Below are positions 19,813 to 27,734 of a stretch of 64,000 nt of DNA, one piece after another. Under the pieces are notes generated by a model. It worked only from the letters and a program-made list of their open reading frames with translations. It was not told the DNA's origin and did no database searches. The stretch spans positions 2,109-66,108 of the forward strand of contig DATICB010000020.1 of the NCBI GenBank assembly GCA_035457005.1, given 5' to 3'. The DNA comes from Patescibacteria group bacterium (lineage in GTDB: Bacteria > Patescibacteriota > Microgenomatia > Levybacterales > UBA12049). How positions within the stretch are numbered: position 1 is the first letter of the stretch; every line of letters starts with the position of its first letter. Made by a program: the position numbers and the translations under genes.

Positions 19813-19999
19813 TGATACACATAAACTATAAGTCCTATAATAATTTATTAAAAATTATAGGATATTTTTTGTGGATAACTTTTGGTTTTCACGGCTTTTA
19901 AGTGCCCACTTTTCACAGCCTCTATTCTTCAAGCGGAAAAGCTTGTTTTGCTTATATACAAAGACAAGCAGGATACGATTGTTATAAATTACATGCACA
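19813..19999. other. DnaA-box-like cluster with AT-rich tract (possible oriC or DnaA-binding locus)
   Basis: Perfect TGTGGATAA 19870-19878; one-mismatch boxes at 19813, 19909, 19952; AT-rich 19822-19869. Confidence 0.4.
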
Positions 20000-20575
20000 G
20001 AATAGGGTTCAGTAGTACGCGCACCTCCACTATCCAAGTGGAAGATAAGAAAATAAAAGAAAAAAAGTCGAACGCTTGTGTAATTCTGAAGCTAAATTGA
20101 TGAGTTTAGATTGATTTTTCAATCCAAATGTAGTTGTTTTAAGAGCAACCGTGTACTTGCCTGAGGCTAAAAGTGATAATGCAGCCTTATTTGGCAAGCC
20201 AAACGTTATGGTGCTAAGGCCTTTCGGGAATAGAGGGCCTAGGGTCGCCTAGGACACATGATAGTAATTGTTGTTGAACAATTGCATGTGTAAGTTAACA
20301 GACAATCCCTTTTAGGGAGAGAGGTCACATCTCTCTTCCTTGAAACAAACCAATATAAGTCAACACTGCCATAGTTGTTGGACACTAAAATTTGTTGCAG
20401 AAAGACCTAGGGGAAGCTTGATTAATAACGTCGCACAATAATACTTTTACGACGCCACTCAGGCTGGGTTCTCGGAGAAGACCTTGATTTGGGTTTGGTT
20501 TGTTGACAGAAATTATGGAGATTTTGTCTGCTGCCTTTCATTTCTTGGGCTTAATATTCTCTATTTTCTCTGTAC
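19996..20575 (+). ncRNA. Candidate large structured non-coding RNA, about 580 nt, unknown class
   Basis: More than 12 stems, several long-range, G-U pairs favour plus strand, no credible ORF. Confidence 0.55.
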
Positions 20576-20663
20576 TTAAAAATTGTCCAATCCCCTACTA
20601 CAGGACTTAATGAAATATGATTTTTTGTTCGGAAGATAAAACGAAGATTTTGTTTGAGACCGG

Positions 20664-20951
20664 TTAATCAGCCTGTATGGTAATTTTGACCCCATTCCGA
20701 TTAGAGACTAGTACTTCGGATTCACCGTGTCTTGCGACTATGGGCGATAAGCCGAGTATATTATGACTCGCGCTTATTTGAGATCCAGTATCATGAACAT
20801 AGAGACCTCTGGTATGTATTGTTTGACCAATGGGTATTGTTTCGATCGCAGTTACACCGCCGTTTGGATCATGGGCACCGTCATACACCCTTAGTGTTCC
20901 TGCTAGCGTAAGGCCAGGAATACGTCTTGGAAGTTGTTCTCTTTGTGTCAT
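20664..20951 (-). CDS. Hypothetical protein, 95 aa
   Basis: TATACT 6 nt before ATG. Confidence 0.6.
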   Translation of the reverse strand: MTQREQLPRRIPGLTLAGTLRVYDGAHDPNGGVTAIETIPIGQTIHTRGLYVHDTGSQISASHNILGLSPIVARHGESEVLVSNRNGVKITIQAD

Positions 20952-21033
20952 GGGCGAAGTATAGGTCGAAAGGACTTATTTGTCAAATTACTTTGTGTCA
21001 GAAAGATGTCCAATAAGCAGTCAAGTGTATTCT

Positions 21034-21222
21034 TTAATTATTCCGAGGGTTTTTGGGATCTGGCACAATGACGGGATATGATGCAAGATCTCCTTCAATT
21101 TTGGGCCTTGTTGTTGTAGGAGGGATTTGGGTATATCTTCTATCTATATTTCCAGGTGGATTGCCAGAAGGATGCTGTGGTTTTTTTTCGCCAGACGGTT
21201 GTTGTTCGATATGCTTAGTCAT
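21034..21222 (-). CDS. Small Pro-rich orphan, 62 aa
   Basis: ATG 1 nt after upstream stop, AGGA upstream. Confidence 0.5.
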   Translation of the reverse strand: MTKHIEQQPSGEKKPQHPSGNPPGNIDRRYTQIPPTTTRPKIEGDLASYPVIVPDPKNPRNN

Positions 21223-21223
21223 G

Positions 21224-22066
21224 TTATTTTCCTGCAAAAAAAGTGTTACCCAAGGGGAGAAGTAATTTCCCAAGCATGCCTGTGCCATGAGCCAAGTAAG
21301 TACCTATTGTATGCCAGTAGAGTTGCCATAGACTGCGTTTCATAATCATAGAGGGTTGTTGCGCAGTCTGGATATGCTGTGCAAAGAGATCCCATTCTGC
21401 AAAGTCTTTTGATTCTTCCTTTGTCTTTTTCTCAAAGCCCAAGACAAATTGCGCAAATGGTGACATACCCCAAATTTTTTCTTTATCTTTCGGTTTTACG
21501 GCAAAGCCGCGAATTGCATAGCGCTTTTGGATGGCAATTGGACTCAGGCTAGTAAAAGATCCGTGGGTCGTGTCGACTTCATATGTCCAAAAAGCAAGTG
21601 ATTGGGATGACACATCCTGTTTGACTTTTCCCAGACGAAAGAAAAAATCTGTGTCGTGATAGGATTCAATTGATGAAACAAACTGTGTCAGAAGATTTGG
21701 CTTGGGAAAGTATGGGTGATACAAAACAGGCTCGAGTGACACCGCGGGAAAATCTGATTGGCTTTGTCGTTTTTTAATATCACGAGTAAGCTTTGTAAGC
21801 TCTTGTTTTACTTCCTTGGTGAATGGATCTTTTTCATTGGAAAAGGCAATGCAATCGATATCAACAATTGTTTTTCCATCCTCAGTTCTTATAATGCTGG
21901 GATTTTCTGCATTTTTTAAGATAATCTTTTTTTTCTTGGCATCAACTGCTGTAATTGACGTTTTCTTGCCAATAAATCTTACGAGTGCACCGCCAACAAC
22001 AACTATGGTAAATCCATGCGCACGTCCAATTTCTTGGACTTCTTGAATAGCATCGATTAGCAGCAT
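21224..22066 (-). CDS. Nucleotidyltransferase-superfamily-like protein
   Basis: VVVGGALV...DID motif; TACAAT 6 nt before ATG 22066. Confidence 0.55.
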   Translation of the reverse strand: MLLIDAIQEVQEIGRAHGFTIVVVGGALVRFIGKKTSITAVDAKKKKIILKNAENPSIIRTEDGKTIVDIDCIAFSNEKDPFTKEVKQELTKLTRDIKKRQSQSDFPAVSLEPVLYHPYFPKPNLLTQFVSSIESYHDTDFFFRLGKVKQDVSSQSLAFWTYEVDTTHGSFTSLSPIAIQKRYAIRGFAVKPKDKEKIWGMSPFAQFVLGFEKKTKEESKDFAEWDLFAQHIQTAQQPSMIMKRSLWQLYWHTIGTYLAHGTGMLGKLLLPLGNTFFAGK

Positions 22067-22095
22067 GGTGTCATTGTACACAAGTCTATAGAAAC

Positions 22096-22180
22096 TTGAC
22101 AAATAGGTATTTTATGTCGCACAATGGTTGGTAATACTGTTAATGTTTATTCATTTTACGACGTTGTCACGTCGCAAAAT
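22096..22180 (+). promoter_or_regulatory. xer promoter TTGACA-18-CACAAT with GTCGCA(C/A)AA half-sites and an 11-6-11 inverted repeat
   Basis: ATTTTACGACG-ttgtca-CGTCGCAAAAT 22153-22180; TGTCGCACAAT 22115-22125. Confidence 0.6.
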
Positions 22181-22217
22181 GAATTTGGTTTACCGATTCA
22201 ATGGCTTAAGTAGATAT

Positions 22218-23240
22218 ATGTCGTCTGTCCAAAATCAATTACCTGTTCAAGGCTTGGAAAAAGAGGAAAACCACCTCCCTATTCCCACGCCAGAAAATAA
22301 TATGCCCCCTTCCCTACTCCTTCATATTAATGATTTTTTGGACTACCTCTCTGTTGAAAGGAATTGCTCCAAACTTACCATTCGAGACTATCGGCATTAC
22401 TTGGAAGTTTTTGGTGAATGGTTTGGGACAACGCAGGCACATAAATCCATAGAAGACTTAGACGTAGTAACAGTGAGGCGTTTTCGGGTTTTTCTGGCCT
22501 CAAAAATGGATAATCATGGCATGACAATGAAGCGTGTGACACAAAATTATTATGTTATTGCGCTGCGTTCTTTCTTAAAATTTCTTATTAAAAATGATGT
22601 GAAGACGCTTGAACCAACCAAAATTGATTTACCCAAAACAGAATCGCGCAGTCTTAAATTTTTAGAACGGGAACACATAGACAGAATGGTAACTGCTGCA
22701 GATACGAGCAAAATCGAAGGCATTCGCGACAGAGCAATTTTAGAGCTTTTATTTTCAACAGGTCTTCGTGTGTCTGAGCTGTGTAAGCTAAATCACCAAC
22801 AGGTGAATATTGAAAGGCGTGAATTTGGCGTGATTGGTAAAGGTGGACGCGCACGAGTTGTTTTTATTTCTGATAGAGCTGCTGATTGGGTGCAAAAATA
22901 TTTAGACAAGCGCGAGGATGTCTACAAGCCGTTATTTATCCGCTATTCTGGTAAAGAAATTCCCGAAAATGGTGGTGAGAAAATGCGACTTACACCGCGT
23001 TCTGTTGAGCGTATGGTAAAAAAATATGTACGGGTTGCCAGGATTCCTGTTGATGCAACAGTACATACGCTCAGACATAGTTTTGCAACGGATTTACTTT
23101 CCAATGGGGCAGATTTGCGATCGGTTCAAGAAATGTTGGGACACAAAAATATTGCGACAACGCAAATTTACACACATATTACCAATAAGCAGCTTCGTGA
23201 TATCCATAAGCAATTCCACAGTGGTAATAATGGAAAGTAG
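22218..23240 (+). CDS. XerC/XerD-family tyrosine recombinase
   Basis: RDRAILELLFSTGLRVSEL, GKG, HTLRHSFAT, LGH..IATTQIYTH; start uncertain. Confidence 0.95.
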   Translation: MSSVQNQLPVQGLEKEENHLPIPTPENNMPPSLLLHINDFLDYLSVERNCSKLTIRDYRHYLEVFGEWFGTTQAHKSIEDLDVVTVRRFRVFLASKMDNHGMTMKRVTQNYYVIALRSFLKFLIKNDVKTLEPTKIDLPKTESRSLKFLEREHIDRMVTAADTSKIEGIRDRAILELLFSTGLRVSELCKLNHQQVNIERREFGVIGKGGRARVVFISDRAADWVQKYLDKREDVYKPLFIRYSGKEIPENGGEKMRLTPRSVERMVKKYVRVARIPVDATVHTLRHSFATDLLSNGADLRSVQEMLGHKNIATTQIYTHITNKQLRDIHKQFHSGNNGK

Positions 23241-23325
23241 GTTCACAAATAATAATTCAATAAACTAATTAGTAGCGAAGCAGAAAACAGATACTGCGCA
23301 CTTCCTGCCTTGTCCAGAAAAGTTA

Positions 23326-23547
23326 TTACCTGCGATCTTTGTCCCGCTTGATATGCTTACGTGGTCTGGAAAGCGGTATGCCAAAGATAATTCTTCTTCG
23401 TGGAGGTTTTTGTGGTTGAGTGAAGTCAGGAACAGTGCCGTCAATAATATTAAGAATAGTATCTTTGATAAATTGTCCTGGGCTTCTCCGCTGGTCTATA
23501 AAGTGTACCACGGAAAGAATTTTACTCTTGGTTAGTACTGAATGCAA
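23326..23547 (-). CDS. Small basic hypothetical protein
   Basis: ORF fills the gap, TTG start. Confidence 0.35.
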   Translation of the reverse strand: MHSVLTKSKILSVVHFIDQRRSPGQFIKDTILNIIDGTVPDFTQPQKPPRRRIIFGIPLSRPRKHIKRDKDRR

Positions 23548-23566
23548 GAAGATTTTAATCGTGAAT

Positions 23567-24115
23567 TTATTCTTTTGTTATTTCCCAAAACTTTTCTCCC
23601 AAACTATCCCACGGAAGACGCATTTCATCAGGATTTTTTATATCAAACTGTTCGCTGACAAAATAAATGACAGTTGCAGGATTTTCAAATGGATTCATGT
23701 AGCCGTGCGCTACTCCTTGGGGAATTCGAACCCAGTGTGCTTTCCCGCCACCTAATGCTAAACGCATAGTTTGACCTTTTGTTGGGGATTTTTCGCGTAA
23801 ATCCCACAACCCAACAATCAGCTTATCGCCAGGTAAAACAGTTTGAATTTCTTCTTGTTTTAAATGGAAATGCCACGCCTTAACCGATTTTGGCATAACA
23901 AGAGATCTACTTATCTGGCGAATGTGAAAGTGTGGAAATTCTTCTAATTTTCCATCTGGGCTAAGTCTTGCCAGTTCTGAAAAATCGCCATCTTCACCAG
24001 TAAATACTTTCATTTCCACAACTTCTACACCATCAATTTTTTGCTTGGGAGAATAATCCTGCGTGCTAACGAAAGGTTGATACTGCTTTGCAATGTCTGA
24101 TTTGGTGAGAGTCAT
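23567..24115 (-). CDS. RmlC-like cupin (dTDP-4-dehydrorhamnose 3,5-epimerase family)
   Basis: KAWHFH..Q, DLREKSPT.G, IPQGVAHG, PDE.R. Confidence 0.88.
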   Translation of the reverse strand: MTLTKSDIAKQYQPFVSTQDYSPKQKIDGVEVVEMKVFTGEDGDFSELARLSPDGKLEEFPHFHIRQISRSLVMPKSVKAWHFHLKQEEIQTVLPGDKLIVGLWDLREKSPTKGQTMRLALGGGKAHWVRIPQGVAHGYMNPFENPATVIYFVSEQFDIKNPDEMRLPWDSLGEKFWEITKE

Positions 24116-24154
24116 ACAAAAAGTATATGAGAAAAAGACCTTATTAGCAATGAG

Positions 24155-25048
24155 TTAGTTAGGCATGCGATGTCTTTGAAACCGTCTGAAAAAATGAGGA
24201 GTTCTTGGAGATTGTGACTCAGGAAGAAAATGAGTGTGGTATGTTTGTGGGGTAAGTAGCTCTGCTTTTCCGTTGACTAAGTATGCACCTGGTTTGGAAA
24301 CGCTGCGCAAATGATCATACTCTCTTCTCCCCAAAAGTTGCTGTCTTGTGAGGCTTTGTTCGGTAACTAATTCTATCCGTGTTCGCGGAACAACAGCAAC
24401 TCCGGCTTGCTCGAGTTGTTTTATCTTATCTGTATTCGATGTGGTGGCTATTGCAGGTCTTTCGCCAATAGTATCTTTGATAACTTTTGCCACAATGTCA
24501 TGACGACGCAGATCGTCATAATACCCCATTTCGTTGAATGCCTGCTGCATGGTTGGAATAGGAAGGTTGTGTTGCGCTGCCTCGTATTGTATGGTCGCTT
24601 GTCTGTGGACTGCTTGAGATCCGTGACCATTGCCGGCTGCTGTTTCCTCTGACACAATTGCCATAACGCCAATTCCCAATTCTGTCATTGTATCCAGCAT
24701 AAGGTCTCTCTGTTGCACACAGTCATGTCCTTGCATGTGAAAGCTAGATCCTAAATTCATGCACGGACAGGCATAATCTGCACGCACTGGTGCCGGTTCA
24801 TGCAGTGGTCTGCCTAAGCCAAGACTGTATACTGTCATTCTCATGTTTGTCTCAGGGTGTTGGTATTCTGTAACATCAAAAACAACAGGTTTGCCACCGT
24901 GCTCGGTATATACCTTTAGACCCCGAATGACACTGAATTGCTCGTCGTCAATAGTAATAGTTTCCCATGCGTTGGTGTGTGAAGCACCTTCTGTTTCTGT
25001 CGCACGCTGTGAGAAGTAGTCTGCTGGTTGTGGTGTTTCGGTGCTCAT
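24155..25048 (-). CDS. Divergent GTP cyclohydrolase II (RibA)-like protein
   Basis: PVR...C...HDC..Q, A...G...D.R and TSN.DK...L..AG align by eye to RibA; active-site residues altered. Confidence 0.65.
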   Translation of the reverse strand: MSTETPQPADYFSQRATETEGASHTNAWETITIDDEQFSVIRGLKVYTEHGGKPVVFDVTEYQHPETNMRMTVYSLGLGRPLHEPAPVRADYACPCMNLGSSFHMQGHDCVQQRDLMLDTMTELGIGVMAIVSEETAAGNGHGSQAVHRQATIQYEAAQHNLPIPTMQQAFNEMGYYDDLRRHDIVAKVIKDTIGERPAIATTSNTDKIKQLEQAGVAVVPRTRIELVTEQSLTRQQLLGRREYDHLRSVSKPGAYLVNGKAELLTPQTYHTHFLPESQSPRTPHFFRRFQRHRMPN

Positions 25049-25173
25049 AAGTAATAAAAAACAGCCGTGTGGCTGTTGAGATCAAAAAAAATGCTCCAAA
25101 GGAGCATACGCTTAGTAATCTTTTTGAAAAAAATTGATCGGAAAATTGTCCAAAAAAAATCAGAGTGTTTCAT
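25045..25173 (-). CDS. Putative leader peptide, 42 aa (MKHSDFFWTIFRSIFFKKITKRMLLWSIFFDLNSHTAVFYYL)
   Basis: After TTGACA-18-CATAAT; reads through two terminators; TGA overlaps next ATG. Confidence 0.5.
   Translation of the reverse strand: MKHSDFFWTIFRSIFFKKITKRMLLWSIFFDLNSHTAVFYYL
25056..25107 (-). terminator. Two tandem intrinsic terminators in a 5' leader
   Basis: ATGCTCC-ttt-GGAGCAT-T7 (25084-25107) and AACAGCC-acac-GGCTGTT-T4 (25056-25077). Confidence 0.8.
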
Positions 25174-25213
25174 CGCTCTGAGATTTAATTATGAAGGATG
25201 AGATATGAATATG

Positions 25214-25873
25214 TCAAGAGGAATTTGTTTTATTTACCAAAAATTCTTTCCCATGACCAACAGTAGTGTTGATGGGAATACCTTTCTTACACAGTGGACA
25301 CACGCTTTGACTATATGCATCTGCTTTAAAAACAGAAAGAGCGAAAAATGGCGCTTGCATAAATCTTCTAGTCACATCTTTTGGATTGCGATTAAGTAAA
25401 ACAAAAACGCCAACAACTTTTCCTTTTGCTTTTTTTACCTCGTCGACAACTTTCTTAACAGATGCTCCGGTTGTTGTTAGGTCCTCCACAACCAACACTC
25501 GTTTGTTTTTAATCAGCTCATCATAGCCCCTTTTAAATAGTTGCGGTTTGTCAAATTTTTGTACATCATCATAACTTTTTTCTGTAAATACACTTAAGAC
25601 TTCCTTTTTTGTCAATTTTGATAAATGATACGCAACCCACTGAGAAAGAATAATCCCTCCAACCGATGGTCCAACAACAATTTGAATTTTTTTATTTTTC
25701 ATTTCTTCTGCCATCATTTTGCACACTTTTGATGTCAAGAGCGTATGTGGATACAATTTATCTTTTCGAATATACACGCTACCATGTTTTCCCGACGTAT
25801 AGACAAAATGATCATTGGTAATAATTGCTCCTGTTTGCTCTAAGATTTGTAATGTTTTTTTATTTGTATCCAT
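25214..25873 (-). CDS. pyrE: Orotate phosphoribosyltransferase
   Basis: HFVYTSGKH..Y, VLVVEDLTTTGAS; C-terminal CPLC. Confidence 0.93.
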   Translation of the reverse strand: MDTNKKTLQILEQTGAIITNDHFVYTSGKHGSVYIRKDKLYPHTLLTSKVCKMMAEEMKNKKIQIVVGPSVGGIILSQWVAYHLSKLTKKEVLSVFTEKSYDDVQKFDKPQLFKRGYDELIKNKRVLVVEDLTTTGASVKKVVDEVKKAKGKVVGVFVLLNRNPKDVTRRFMQAPFFALSVFKADAYSQSVCPLCKKGIPINTTVGHGKEFLVNKTNSS

Positions 25874-26671
25874 TTATCTGTATCTATTAATAGTATTTTT
25901 TGTTTTTTCTGCTTCTTCTCTGGGGTTTTTTGCAAAAATAATACTTCGTGAACTACTCATTATCAAACCAGCATTTTGAGAATTAAGTCCTGTCTGCAGC
26001 GTTTGTTTAATATCTCCTCCTTGCGCGCCAATACCTGGCACTAAAAATGTCATATCGCCAGCGAGTTTTCTTATTTCTTTTACTTCTTTTGGATATGTGG
26101 CACCAACGACCATAAGGCAATTTTTATTTTTATTCCATTTTCGCACAACACGTTTTGCAACTTTTCTATATATTGTTTCTTTGCCTATACGCAAGTCCTG
26201 AAATTCTCCTGCCCCTGGATTTGAAGTTTTACACAAAACAATAATTCCCTTTTCTTTTCTATCCAAAAAAGGCTGTATTGCTTCTTGTCCTAAATACGGA
26301 TGAATTGTTACAGCATCAACTTGTAAATAGTCAAATATAAATTGCACATAACCTTCGTTGGTGCTCCCGATATCACCCCTTTTTGCGTCAAGAATAATCG
26401 GAATTTCTGGATAATCTTTTTTGAGATAATCGCATGTTTTTTTTAACTCCCCTATTCCCTTTTCTCCCAGCGCTTCGTAGAAAGCAGAGTTTGGCTTATA
26501 ACAGCAAACTAAATTATGAGTGGTATCAATAATAAATTTATTAAATGCAAAAAATGAAAATTTTTCTTGGAGAAATTGTTTTGGTAATTTTTCCAAAACT
26601 GGATCCAGCCCAATACACAAAAGAGAATTATTTTTTTTCACCAAGTCATCTAATTTTTTTTGAAATGTCAT
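25874..26671 (-). CDS. pyrF: Orotidine-5'-phosphate decarboxylase
   Basis: LCIGLDP, YKPNSAFYE, LDAKRGDIGST, VVGAT, PGIGAQGG. Confidence 0.97.
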   Translation of the reverse strand: MTFQKKLDDLVKKNNSLLCIGLDPVLEKLPKQFLQEKFSFFAFNKFIIDTTHNLVCCYKPNSAFYEALGEKGIGELKKTCDYLKKDYPEIPIILDAKRGDIGSTNEGYVQFIFDYLQVDAVTIHPYLGQEAIQPFLDRKEKGIIVLCKTSNPGAGEFQDLRIGKETIYRKVAKRVVRKWNKNKNCLMVVGATYPKEVKEIRKLAGDMTFLVPGIGAQGGDIKQTLQTGLNSQNAGLIMSSSRSIIFAKNPREEAEKTKNTINRYR

Positions 26672-27732
26672 AGATATTTTTCCTTTATTTCTTGCGCAAA
26701 ATATGGATTCCACATTGCTGCAGTTGCACTCATAACAACATCTGCTCCAGTATCTCTATATTTTTTGTAATGTTTTGGAAGCATTACTCCACCCATTCCA
26801 ATAATAGTAAAGTTCATTTGCAAATCTTCTCGAATTTTTTTAAGGTTAGCAACCATATCAAGACCAGCCCATCGTACTCCGTCTCCACATGCTCCCGCGA
26901 TAAGTCTTCCAGGTAAAACTTCATTCCCCTTTTTGTCTATGACTTTTGTTGGAATAGTATTGATGCATGAAATACAATCAACTATATCGCCAACAGCCTT
27001 GACTAATTTTTTTAATTGTTCGTAATTGGGAAAATATGCAACCTTCACTACAAGAGGCATATTCCCCACTTCATTTTTTATTGCCTCCAGCACTTTCTGT
27101 GTTTTTGCAATATCAAAACAAAGTAGGCTAGACGAGCCCTCATTCGGACAACTCGTATTTGCTTCTAAAATTTTACAACCTGTTTCTTTTACCAACCGAG
27201 CAGTTGTCACCCAATCTTCAATAAATTGCCTTTCACTTCCACTTCCATCTGGAGTGCCTTCTGTCGCACATATGAGCATCTGTCCTTTTCCGATATATCC
27301 AACTGATTTTTTAAGATCTGGTTGCCAGATATCTGGGACGTGGGACGGATTGCCGAAGGAGTTGGTAATTGTTAACGGTTGTGTAAATCTTTTCTTGGCA
27401 TAAACACCTTTTGTGGCCTTGTTTAAGCTAAGTTGCCCCTTAATATTTAATTGAACAACATTCGGCCATTGATTAGAAGGCTTATTTCTCGATCTTACTG
27501 TTTTTTGAATAACTATATCGAAGCCTTTATCCAGTGCGCCTTTAATAAATTTGCTATTAAAGAGCGGTCCGGATGCAATACCAAACGGGAGAAAGACTTT
27601 TTGGTCTAGAAATTCGTATTCAGGCTTGCCTTTATTTTTGTAAACTTTGTTATCTGCAAATGCCCCAAAGGGCCCATCTTTCCAATTGTCTTCCCAAGAT
27701 TTCCCTGGATCGTAAAAAGGAGTATGAAGCAT
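26668..27732 (-). CDS. pyrD: Dihydroorotate dehydrogenase, class 1-like
   Basis: PFGIASGP, KT, NSFGNPS, EANTSCPN, INTI, IIGMGGV. Confidence 0.88.
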   Translation of the reverse strand: MLHTPFYDPGKSWEDNWKDGPFGAFADNKVYKNKGKPEYEFLDQKVFLPFGIASGPLFNSKFIKGALDKGFDIVIQKTVRSRNKPSNQWPNVVQLNIKGQLSLNKATKGVYAKKRFTQPLTITNSFGNPSHVPDIWQPDLKKSVGYIGKGQMLICATEGTPDGSGSERQFIEDWVTTARLVKETGCKILEANTSCPNEGSSSLLCFDIAKTQKVLEAIKNEVGNMPLVVKVAYFPNYEQLKKLVKAVGDIVDCISCINTIPTKVIDKKGNEVLPGRLIAGACGDGVRWAGLDMVANLKKIREDLQMNFTIIGMGGVMLPKHYKKYRDTGADVVMSATAAMWNPYFAQEIKEKYL

Positions 27733-27734
27733 GT

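Noticed and set aside
20057-20080. AAAGTCGAACGC as RNase P 5' motif
   Set aside because: No GAGGAAAGTCC and no downstream P4 partner.
19855-20100. Short ORFs 19855-20037 and 19882-20100
   Set aside because: Non-ATG starts, no initiation signals, overlap the DnaA-box cluster and RNA candidate.
22218-23240. Prophage or integron integrase
   Set aside because: XerC/D-like throughout, no IntI insertion evident, no phage genes or attC array.
24155-25048. Canonical ribA
   Set aside because: Zn ligand and substrate motifs altered; no riboflavin genes nearby.
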